Shown here: positions 28,742 to 37,746 of the stretch, piece by piece
How the letters are laid out: each line of letters begins with the position of its first letter
How positions within the stretch are numbered: position 1 is the stretch's first letter
DNA from: Candidatus Latescibacterota bacterium
GTDB taxonomy: Bacteria; Latescibacterota; UBA2968; UBA8231
Reading direction: 5' to 3'
DNA length: 64,000 bases
NCBI GenBank assembly: GCA_965197905.1
Contig: CBDAOB010000004.1
Span: 1,856,001 to 1,920,000 of the forward strand
Program-made: the position numbers and the translations under genes
Notes under the pieces: model-generated
The model's input: the letters and a program-made list of their open reading frames with translations, nothing else
Told to the model about the DNA's origin: nothing
The model's database searches: none

Positions 28742-31670
28742 ATCGACCGATCCGCTCAACCTCGCGCGCAACGGCACCTGGCGGAATTACGACGGCACCA
28801 ACGGTCTGCCCGGCCCCGCCCTTGCCGTGGGCCAGGACCGGGAAGGTTTCATCTGGGTTGGAACCTACGGAACCGGCGTCAGCCGCTACGACGGCGAGGT
28901 CTTTCACACTTTCAGCGCCGCGGACGGACTCCAGGTGAAGCACGTCTGGAATATGATCGCCGACGACCAGGGACGGATGTGGTTCGCCGCGTAGGAAGGA
29001 GTCAGCTGCTGGGACGGCGGACGTTTCCTCAACTACTCCACCGCCGACGGGTTGCCCCACAACGACGTGCACGTGGTGACCCAGGGACCCGATGGCGACA
29101 TCGGGATGGGCACCGAGGTGGGTCTCAGCCTTTTTAACGGGCACTCCTTCAAGAGTGTGGCCGAGGGGCTTCCCCATCCTTCCATCACCGCGTTGACCTT
29201 CGACCGGTCGGGGGCACTCTGGGTCGGCACCGACAAAGGGGTCAGCCGTTACGACGGCAAAAGCTTCGAGAATTTCTCCCTCGCCGACGGCTTAGCTTCC
29301 GAAAAAATCTGCGATATCCTCGAAGACGGCAGCGGGCGCCTTTGGATCGCCACCGAAGAGGGAGTCAACTGCCTGCAGAATGGCAAATTTCGGACGCTCA
29401 CGACCGCCGACGGTCTGGCCAACAATCACGTTCGCACGCTCATGGAAGACCGGGAAGGCCGACTCTGGTTCGGGACCCAGGGTGGTGTCAGCTTCGGGGA
29501 CGGCCGGCGGTTCGCCAGCCTCACCACGGCGGACGGACTAGTCAACGATCAGGTGTGGTCGGTGCATCAGGACCACGCCGGGGATTACTGGTTCGGGGGG
29601 TTCATCGGGCTGAGCCAATACAGCCAGAGTTTTTTCAGTTATACCACCGCCGATGGTCTGGCGCACAACGATCTACGCGCCATCCTGCGGCGCCAAGACG
29701 GAGATCTCTGGTTCGGCTCCTTGGGCGGGTTGAGTTGCTTCGACGGAGAGCGGTTCACCAACTATACCGAGGACGAAGGTCTGGCACGAAACCGGGTGTT
29801 CGCGCTGCTTGAGGAAGAGGATGGCACCCTTTGGATCGGCACGGAACGCGGGTTGAACCGTTTCAATGGGATCGAGTTCGAGACGTTTACCGAAGATGAC
29901 GGTCTGGTCCACAACCGGGTTTACACTTTGCTCAAGGGATCCGACGGACGCCTGTGGTTGGGAACGGAGGGGGGGTTGGGTTGGTACGACGGTGAACGTT
30001 TCGTCGCCTTAACCACCGCCGATGGGCTAATCGACGATGATATCAACGAGATTCTGGAAGATGAGAACGGAACGCTGTGGATCGGCACCGAGGGGGGTAT
30101 CAGCAAGTACGACGGCGAGACCTTTACCAACTTCGGCGTCGCCGACGGAATGCCGGACCCGCATGTCAACGGCATGGCCCTGGACCGCGACGGCCGGCTC
30201 TGGGCGGGCACGCTGGCGGGTGTCACCTGCTTCGACGGGTCGAGGTTCTCTACCCTGACGACAGCTGATGGTCTGGCCAGCGATGCCGTCTTACGGGTCT
30301 TTCAGGACAGCAACGGCTACATGTGGTTTGCTACCTGGGGCGGTCTTAACCGCTACGACGGGGAGGTGTTCCAAATCCTTACGCAAGAGGACGGTTTGGC
30401 GAGCAGCTCGGTTATGAAATTCTTTGAGGAGGAGGACGGGCGACTCTGGTTCGCAACCGGAAGCGGAGCGACCTGCTGCCGCTTGCCGGTGCCCTCACCA
30501 CCCCCGGTATATATTCGTGCGGTGGTGGCCGATCGGCGCTACACCTCGCTGGACGCCGTCTCCATCCCCTCCAGCGCAGGTTTGACTGCCGTGGAGTTTC
30601 ACGGCATCAACTTCAAGACGCGCCCCGGCGCCATGATCTACCGCTACCGGCTCAAGGCTCACAGCGAAGACTGGAAAACCACCCGTGCGCGCCGGGTCGA
30701 ATATCAGGACCTGGAACCCGGGTCCTATCTGTTTCAGGTGGTCGCCGTCGATCGCGATCTGAACTACTCGATGCCGGTTGAGGTAAAGATCACCGTGACC
30801 CATGATGTCCGGGATGAGCGCATCGACGAGCTGGAGTCGAGGGTGAGAGAGCGGACGCAGGAACTGCTGTCCAAGAACAAAGAGCTGGAGCAGACCCTCG
30901 TACAGCTGCGCGATGCCCAGAACCAACTGGTGGTCCAGGAAAAGATGGCCACGTTGGGCAACCTGGTTGCCGGCATCTCCCACGAGCTGAACAGCCCGTT
31001 GGGGGCAGTGAAGAGCGCCGGCGACGTACTGACCAAAGGCTTGGAGCGGATTCGCAACGCCGTGGTGGGCAGTGATACCATAGATAAGGTAAAAGCAGAC
31101 GGACATTTTCAGCGCGTTCTGGGTTTGTTGGAGGACAGCATCGGCACCTCGGGTCAGGCAATTGAGCGGATAAGTCACATACTCGGCAGCCTCAGGAGCT
31201 TTGCACGGTTGGACGAAGCCGAGTACCAGTTGGTCGATCTGCACGAAGGGCTGGAGAGCACGTTGATCCTCTTGGAACATCAGCTGAAAGAACGCATAAC
31301 GGTAGAAAAAGAGTACGGCGAGCTTCCCGAGATCTACTGTTATCCCGGGGAGCTGAACCAGGTTTTCATGAATGTGATCGTGAATGCCGTGCAGGCGATC
31401 GAGTGCCGCGGCACCGTGCGCCTACAATCGGAATTGGACCAGGATCACGTCATCGTGCGCATCGCCGACAACGGTCGGGGGATCTCCAAAGACCGCCTCG
31501 AGACCATCTTCGACCCCGCCTTCTCCAACAAGGATGCCCGGGTAGGCATGGGGTTGGGTTTGGCCATGAGCTACAACATCGTTCGCAAACACCAGGGTCG
31601 CATCGACCTGGAAAGCACTCCCGATGAAGGCACGATAGTCACCATCTGTCTTCCCGTTCGACCCGCCTGA
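28728..31670 (+). pseudogene. Beta-propeller (Reg_prop/Y_Y_Y) sensor histidine kinase interrupted by one in-frame TAG
   Basis: ORFs 28728..28994 and 29052..31670 share a frame, and the repeat reads MWFAA*EGVSCWDG across TAG 28992-28994. Repeated T.ADGL...LWIGT motifs, YRYRL, H-box SHELNSP, NQVFMN, DNGRGI, GMGLGL. Confidence 0.8.
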
Positions 31671-31721
31671 AACATCGCTTCCCCGAACCCTATCTGTTAC
31701 TCATCTCGGCGAATATTCACC

Positions 31722-31749
31722 TTGCCCCCGGTGCCTGAGGTGTTATAGT
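31722..31749 (+). promoter_or_regulatory. Sigma70-type extended -10 promoter
   Basis: TTGCCC (31722-27), 16 nt, TATAGT (31744-49), with TG at 31741-42. Confidence 0.5.
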
Positions 31750-31812
31750 TCTGGACTCTGAAACGGAACGACGGGGCTTCTGCCTCCCACATCCCGCGAA
31801 AGGAGCTCGATA

Positions 31813-32913
31813 ATGGATTTCTCAAGCGTTCTAGGTAATGGGCGGAAGGTGCTCTTCGTGGCGCTCTTCCTACTGCCAGCCAGCGCTCCGCTCTACGCGC
31901 AGGAAAGCCACGCACCGCCCAGCGGCGACTCATCGATTATTTCACCGGACGCACGGCTGGAACTGCTGTTCACCAGCAAATTGCTCACCGAAGGTCCGGC
32001 AGTGGCGCTGGATGGTTCGGTCTACTTCAGCGAGATCACCTTTACGGCCGCGTCCGACATGGCCGCTGGATATATCTGGCGCTACGACCCGAAAACCAAG
32101 AAGACCGCCATCTACCGTTCCCCCAGCGGCATGTCCAACGGTCTGAAGTTCGATGCCAAGGGGCGTCTCATTGCCGCCGAAGGAGCAGATTACGGTGGCC
32201 GCCGCGTGACGCGGACGGACCTCTCCACCGGCAAGACGGAGATCATCGCCGGGCTCTACGACGGCAAGCCGTTCAACGCTCCCAACGATATCACCCTCGA
32301 CGAAATGGGCCGGATCTACTTCAGTGATCCCCGGTATTTGGGTCACGAACCGGTGGAGCAGCCTACCTTCGGGGTCTATCGCATCGACCCAGACCGCAGC
32401 GTCCACCTGATCATCACCGATGCCGGCAAGCCGAACGGGGTCGCCGTCTCCCCTGACCAGAAGAGTCTCTACGTCGTGAGCAACGACAACGGCTCCACCG
32501 GCCTGTTCCGGCTGCCGGAAGGGTTGACGAAGACCCATAAAGGCCGCATGGCGCTGCTGGCCTACGATCTACACGAGGACGGCACCGCCACCTTCCGCGA
32601 GGAGCTGGTGGATTATTCCCCCGAGGACGGTCCGGACGGTTTGGTATGCGACACGGACGGCAATCTCTGGGTGGCGGTACGCGACGTAACGCGGCCCGGG
32701 ATCAATGTCTACTCGCCCAAGGGGAAGGAGCTGGCGCGGATTCCGATGCCGATGCGCGGGGAAGAGGGTTGGCTGGGCGGCAAGGGGTTCAGTATTCCCA
32801 CTAACGTTGCCTTCGGTCGCGGCAAGGAGAGCAAAACCCTCTACGTCACCGCTGACGCGGACCTCTATCGGATCAAGGTGAAGAAAGACGGCTACCACCT
32901 GCCCGAGAAGTAG
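31813..32913 (+). CDS. Secreted SMP-30/gluconolactonase/LRE family protein
   Basis: Signal peptide, TEGP, SNGL, FNAPND, YFSDP, KPNGV, GPDG, TNVAFG. AGGAG RBS. Confidence 0.9.
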   Translation: MDFSSVLGNGRKVLFVALFLLPASAPLYAQESHAPPSGDSSIISPDARLELLFTSKLLTEGPAVALDGSVYFSEITFTAASDMAAGYIWRYDPKTKKTAIYRSPSGMSNGLKFDAKGRLIAAEGADYGGRRVTRTDLSTGKTEIIAGLYDGKPFNAPNDITLDEMGRIYFSDPRYLGHEPVEQPTFGVYRIDPDRSVHLIITDAGKPNGVAVSPDQKSLYVVSNDNGSTGLFRLPEGLTKTHKGRMALLAYDLHEDGTATFREELVDYSPEDGPDGLVCDTDGNLWVAVRDVTRPGINVYSPKGKELARIPMPMRGEEGWLGGKGFSIPTNVAFGRGKESKTLYVTADADLYRIKVKKDGYHLPEK

Positions 32914-32967
32914 ACGTCAGCGATCCGGCGTAAAGCTGCCTAAACGGGGGCTCGGACGGGCCGCTCG

Positions 32968-34158
32968 TTACATATACGGGGTCAAATCGAACCGCGCGCC
33001 GGTCTCTGCTGCGACGTACGCCCCATAACAAACGGCAACGATGTCGCGAGCGATTTCGATCGTTCCTTTGGGATCGCGGCCATAGGCGATCGATTCGCAG
33101 AAGTCCTGCAGCTCATCCGGAAAACCGTTCATCCAGTCTTCGTTCGGGTTGGTGAGCTGCCACCCCGCCCGCGTCTCCACCTTTTCGCGAATGTAGGCGT
33201 CACCAAGGACCGCTTCATCGGGCACGTAAGTCATCATGCCGGTGTTGGGGTTGATGTTGCAGTGCACCACGGCTTTGCTGGAGTAAACGCTCAGTAGATT
33301 CTGGATCCCCCCCAACGTGATGTCCGCGGCCGTCAGCTGTGCTACCGACTTATCGGCGAAGGTGAGGAGCATGGAGCCCCAGTCCTCGCAATCGTGCCAC
33401 CCGGTTTGCACCCACTTTTCTTCTTCCCCCACGAAGGAAGCGACCTCGGTTATGTTGCCGACCTCGGCCACCACCGACTTCGGTTTGATTGGCTTCCCAT
33501 TCCGCCGAATCCCTTCCTCGTATTTCAGATAAAGTGCCCCCGCCACCGGATGACAGCCCTTGTTGAACAGACTGCCGCCACCGCAGTGCCGCCAAATCTT
33601 GGCGTATTCGGAGTGGGTGCCGCTATGGGATTCCTCGGCCACGATCCTCAGGATGGTGTTGTCGCTCTTGCTCAGTACCTCGTTGGCTTTCTGAACACTG
33701 GGAGCGTAGATCCAGTTTTCGGCGTAACAAAGCTGCACGCCGTGGCGAGTGACGGCGTCGGCCATGGCATCGGCCGATGCCAGCGCGGTCTGGAACATGT
33801 CGCGCCGTGCGACCTCCTTGCCGACCGACTCCTGTTTGCCGTCGCCGAAAAAGCCGGTTAGCGGTTTCTCGCAAATGATGTCTTTGCCGGCCGCGGCCGC
33901 CTGGATCACCAGGGGGTGATGTTGGGAATTTGGAGTGCACAGGTCGACCACGTTGATCTCCGGATCCGCGAGCAACTCCTCCACGGATGCGTACGCACGC
34001 TCCAGTCCATGAGCTTCCACAAACGCCTTGGCGCCGTCCGCTGTCCGCGAGGCCGCACCTTTGATCCGGATGTCCAGGCCGTAGACTTTGCGGTAGTTCT
34101 CTAGATGAAAGGAAGCGGCAAACCCGTTTCCGACAACGCCGATTACCAGCGGTTTCAT
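32968..34158 (-). CDS. Gfo/Idh/MocA family oxidoreductase
   Basis: GVVGNGFAA, ICEKPL, GGGSLFNKGCHP. Confidence 0.9.
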   Translation of the reverse strand: MKPLVIGVVGNGFAASFHLENYRKVYGLDIRIKGAASRTADGAKAFVEAHGLERAYASVEELLADPEINVVDLCTPNSQHHPLVIQAAAAGKDIICEKPLTGFFGDGKQESVGKEVARRDMFQTALASADAMADAVTRHGVQLCYAENWIYAPSVQKANEVLSKSDNTILRIVAEESHSGTHSEYAKIWRHCGGGSLFNKGCHPVAGALYLKYEEGIRRNGKPIKPKSVVAEVGNITEVASFVGEEEKWVQTGWHDCEDWGSMLLTFADKSVAQLTAADITLGGIQNLLSVYSSKAVVHCNINPNTGMMTYVPDEAVLGDAYIREKVETRAGWQLTNPNEDWMNGFPDELQDFCESIAYGRDPKGTIEIARDIVAVCYGAYVAAETGARFDLTPYM

Positions 34159-34206
34159 AAGAATCCTTGAGGGTTGGTGACGCTGACCGTCGCACTACGA
34201 GCTGGA

Positions 34207-34235
34207 ATTGTACGCGAGGAGTTCGATGTGCTCAA
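34207..34235 (-). promoter_or_regulatory. Sigma70-type promoter of the oxidoreductase gene
   Basis: - strand TTGAGC, 17 nt, TACAAT. Confidence 0.55.
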
Positions 34236-34324
34236 GCGGCAAACGCACCTCGAATGCCTTGCGCCCGACTTCACATTTTTGCATATCCTCAGGGAGCGCA
34301 GCGTTAAATCTGGAGGAGCATCCC

Positions 34325-35170
34325 ATGGCCGAGAACCAATCTAATCAGAAGCCCGATTCAAAGGACGCAAACATCGGCGACGTCCGTCCGCACAAAAGGA
34401 AGAAGCTCAGTGCCGATGCATACGAAAAGAAACTGGAGAAAAAACTGCAGGAGCTGGTCAAGATGCAATATTGGATCAAGAAGTCGGGAATGCGGGTCGT
34501 ACTCATCTTCGAAGGGCGTGATGCCGCGGGCAAGGGCGGGACCATTAAAAGAGTGGTGGAGCCCCTGAATCCGAGAGGCTGTCGCGTGGTTGCTCTGGGC
34601 ACGCCTTCCGACCGCGAACGGACCCAGTGGTATTTTCAGCGTTATGTCTCCCATCTCCCGGCCGCGGGCGAGATGGTCGTGTTCGATCGCAGCTGGTACA
34701 ACCGGGCGGGGGTCGAACGGGTAATGGAGTTTTGTACCGACGAGGAATACCTGGAATTCCTGCGGTCCTGTCCGGAGTTCGAACGCATGCTCGTCCGTTC
34801 CGGAATCGTACTGCTGAAATACTGGTTTTCGGTAAGCGAGGAAGAACAAGACCGCAGATTTCGCGGGCGTGCGAAGGATCCTATGCGCAGATGGAAGCTC
34901 AGTCCCATGGATCTGGAGGGTCGCGACCGATGGGTGGAGTACTCCAAAGCGAAGGACGAGATGTTCTTCTACACTGACATCGAGGAGGCACGGTGGTACA
35001 CCGTCGAATCAGACGACAAACGACGGGCGCGACTGAACTGTATCGCCCACATATTAAACACGATACCGTATGACGACGTGACCCCCGATCCGATCAAGCT
35101 GAAGAAGCGGAAAGAGTACGAGCCGTACAAGCGCCCCCCCAAACATCTCGCCGTCCCCGATAAATTCTGA
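34325..35170 (+). CDS. ppk2: Polyphosphate kinase 2
   Basis: FEGRDAAGKGG, WYFQRY, FDRSWYNR, WKLSPMD. GGAGGAG RBS before ATG 34325. Confidence 0.93.
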   Translation: MAENQSNQKPDSKDANIGDVRPHKRKKLSADAYEKKLEKKLQELVKMQYWIKKSGMRVVLIFEGRDAAGKGGTIKRVVEPLNPRGCRVVALGTPSDRERTQWYFQRYVSHLPAAGEMVVFDRSWYNRAGVERVMEFCTDEEYLEFLRSCPEFERMLVRSGIVLLKYWFSVSEEEQDRRFRGRAKDPMRRWKLSPMDLEGRDRWVEYSKAKDEMFFYTDIEEARWYTVESDDKRRARLNCIAHILNTIPYDDVTPDPIKLKKRKEYEPYKRPPKHLAVPDKF

Positions 35171-35221
35171 GCGCGGAGTTACATACCTGCGACTTCAGGC
35201 GGGGGTGATGCATCAAACGCA

Positions 35222-35836
35222 ATGACGGAGGTTGACGAGCTCGAGCTGGTCCAACAGGCGCGCCACGGCGACGTCGGTGCGTTCGAAACGCTGCTGGACC
35301 GCTACCAGCCGCGTGTTCTTCGGATCGTGCTGCCGATCGTGAAGAATTCGATGGATGCCGAGGAGGTGGTCCAGGACGTTTTTCTCTCGGTGTTCCAAAA
35401 GATCGACCGCTTTCGCGGTGACTCGAGTCTTTCGACCTGGATTCACCGCATCGCCGTAAATACAGCGCTCATGCGGCGACGACGCCACAAACCGGGTGTC
35501 GACGTGCCGTTGGACGACGTGCTCCCAGCGTTCGAGGAAAACGGCCATATCGCCGCCGACGTCGCTGATTGGTCCAGAGAGGCGACCGATCCGGCGTTGC
35601 TTGAAGAGGCCAGCGCGGTCATATCTGCCGCCGTAGACCACCTGGACGATAAGTATCTCAGCGTTTTCATGTTGCGCGACGTGGAGGGACTCTCCACCGC
35701 AGAAACGGCCGGCATTCTCGAGCTTGGCATATCGGCCGTAAAGTCGAGGTTGCATCGAGCTCGCCTTTATCTTCGCCAGGAGCTAGCCGAGTACTTCGAC
35801 CGACGAACCCGCCGGGAGGAAGATGTCAACGTGTAA
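35222..35836 (+). CDS. ECF RNA polymerase sigma factor
   Basis: DAEEVVQDVF, STWIHRIAVN, HTH GLSTAETA...AVKSRLHRAR. Confidence 0.92.
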   Translation: MTEVDELELVQQARHGDVGAFETLLDRYQPRVLRIVLPIVKNSMDAEEVVQDVFLSVFQKIDRFRGDSSLSTWIHRIAVNTALMRRRRHKPGVDVPLDDVLPAFEENGHIAADVADWSREATDPALLEEASAVISAAVDHLDDKYLSVFMLRDVEGLSTAETAGILELGISAVKSRLHRARLYLRQELAEYFDRRTRREEDVNV

Positions 35837-36065
35837 GGAAGTGATTCAGGTGCTCACCGAATACCTCGAAGACGATCTGAGCACGGAAGAGAAGGCGCGC
35901 TTCGAGCAACACATGTCAGAGTGCAGCCCGTGTATGGCGTTTCTGCGCACCTACGAGAAGTCCAGCGAGCTGGCCACGAACGCTCTGCGTGCGGAAGAGA
36001 TCCCAGACGAGTTGCAGCAGCGGATTCGCGGATTCCTCAAAGAGAAGCTCGGACTGCGAGGGTGA
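35823..36065 (+). CDS. Soluble zinc-binding anti-sigma factor (zf-HC2/ZAS)
   Basis: C...YLEDDL...FEQHMSECSPC (HxxxCxxC). Overlaps the sigma stop, GGAGG RBS, no TM segment. Confidence 0.88.
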   Translation: MSTCKEVIQVLTEYLEDDLSTEEKARFEQHMSECSPCMAFLRTYEKSSELATNALRAEEIPDELQQRIRGFLKEKLGLRG

Positions 36066-36086
36066 GGGTCTCGCCCTCGGTCCTCT

Positions 36087-37703
36087 ATGAAGAAATCCCG
36101 TCGCAAGAACCCACCTAAACCTGAAAGCCAATCATCCTCGCCGTCCACCACGGCGGCGTATTTCGAATGCCTGCGAGAGTCCGCCGAGTCCCCTAAGGGG
36201 GTGCGCCGCGTAGCCCTGGGATTGGCCGTCGTTACCTTCCTGCTGGGCGCCTGGACGTTTGATGCGAAACTCTCTCTCAGTGGCGACAACACCGAGTTCA
36301 TCACCCTTGCCCGCAGCCTTGCTCAAGGTACCGGGCTGACCCACATCAATACCGCGGTGCCGGCCCCGGCGACCAAATACCCACCCGGATTCCCCCTGCT
36401 TCTGGCCCCTATGGAGCTCTGGGCTCCGGGGTCCTGGACGCCGATGAAATGGGTTGTCCTGGTGATGTTTACGGCTTCGGTGCCGCTCTTCTTCTACCTC
36501 ATGCGCACCAGCCTCGGCACCCTGCCATCTCTGTGCGCCGCGGTGATCTGTCTCACTATTCCCCTTCTGCAAGACTACGCTCACCAGGTCATGTCGGAGG
36601 TTCCGTACCTGGCATTTTCCGTGGCGGCGTTATTTCTCCTGCAGCGTTCAGGTGAAAACCCGTCGGTGCGGGGGAACCGCTGGTTGCTTGCCGCTTTTGT
36701 GTGCACCATGGCGGCGTATTACATCCGCACGGTGGGCATCGTGCTCATTGCCGCCGCAGTTCTCCATTTCTTGGTGCGCGGCGAGCGAAAGAAGGGGCTG
36801 ATGTTCTTCGGGGGGGCGCTGTTGGCCTGGTTGCCCTGGACCCTGCGCAATCGCGCCGTCGGCGCGGGGGGTGTCTATCTGCAGCAGCTCATCCAGGTGA
36901 ACCCGTACTTTCCCGACCAGGGTCTTTTGGGCTTTGCCGGATTTGCCGACCGCGTCCTGCAGAACACGGCGATCTACTACCTGCAGATCCTGCCGTCCAT
37001 CGGAAGCTACCCCGAACTGTACCACGGAGCAGCGGTCCTGTTCCCTCCCCTGTCAGCCGTCATCGCCATCTCGATGATCTATGCCGGCGTTCAGGCCTAC
37101 CGTTCGCGCCGCGACCTCTTGCTGCTTATCTACACCGTTCTTTTCCTCGGCACGGTGGTGCTGTGGTACTGGAGCGGTGATCGTTTCCTGGTCCCGATCC
37201 TTCCCCTGTTGCTCTATTTCACCGTGCGCGCAGGGTCGGACCTGTTGAGCTTCGCTGCGCGTCGCGGGTTGCGTACCCCGATTCCACTGGTGGTCGTGAC
37301 GGTGCTGATCCTGGCGGCTCTTTCCAACAACACGAGCGGTCTGCAAAAGCTAGCAGAGCGCGCCCGGGGCGATTATTACCCGAACTGGGGCAACTACTAT
37401 CGCGCCGGGATGTGGCTGCGCGAGAACACCCCGGAACCCTCCATCGTGGCCTGTCGCAAGGGGTACTGGATGTACGTGGTATCCGGTCGTCCTTGTGTGC
37501 TCTACGCCTTCGACGATCCGGAACAGGTCATTGTGGGGTTGGAGCAGAATGGGGTAGACTTCGTTGTTGTCGATCAGCTCGGCTTTCGACATACGGGCGA
37601 CTATCTCGTGCCCGCCATCCAGCAGTACGAGGAGCGCTTCGAGGTCGTATGGCATGCCGCCAATCCGGATACCTGGGTACTGAGGTTTTTGGCGCCCAAG
37701 TAA
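36087..37703 (+). CDS. GT-C (ArnT/GT39-like) membrane glycosyltransferase
   Basis: GDNTEFITLARSLA, KYPPGFPLLL, VMSEVPY, IRTVG, RFLVPILP and many TM helices. Confidence 0.75.
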   Translation: MKKSRRKNPPKPESQSSSPSTTAAYFECLRESAESPKGVRRVALGLAVVTFLLGAWTFDAKLSLSGDNTEFITLARSLAQGTGLTHINTAVPAPATKYPPGFPLLLAPMELWAPGSWTPMKWVVLVMFTASVPLFFYLMRTSLGTLPSLCAAVICLTIPLLQDYAHQVMSEVPYLAFSVAALFLLQRSGENPSVRGNRWLLAAFVCTMAAYYIRTVGIVLIAAAVLHFLVRGERKKGLMFFGGALLAWLPWTLRNRAVGAGGVYLQQLIQVNPYFPDQGLLGFAGFADRVLQNTAIYYLQILPSIGSYPELYHGAAVLFPPLSAVIAISMIYAGVQAYRSRRDLLLLIYTVLFLGTVVLWYWSGDRFLVPILPLLLYFTVRAGSDLLSFAARRGLRTPIPLVVVTVLILAALSNNTSGLQKLAERARGDYYPNWGNYYRAGMWLRENTPEPSIVACRKGYWMYVVSGRPCVLYAFDDPEQVIVGLEQNGVDFVVVDQLGFRHTGDYLVPAIQQYEERFEVVWHAANPDTWVLRFLAPK

Positions 37704-37709
37704 CGCTGT

Positions 37710-37739
37710 TTGACACCCGTTTGAGTCGCTTCCTACATT
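37710..37739 (+). promoter_or_regulatory. Possible sigma70 promoter
   Basis: TTGACA (37710-15), 18 nt, TACATT (37734-39). Confidence 0.45.
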
Positions 37740-37746
37740 GAGCAGC

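Noticed and set aside
28992..28994. Genome-wide TAG reassignment or pyrrolysine
   Set aside because: Many well-defined genes here end at TAG at the expected position (mtnP, trpC, chorismate mutase, argS), and no pyl genes are seen.
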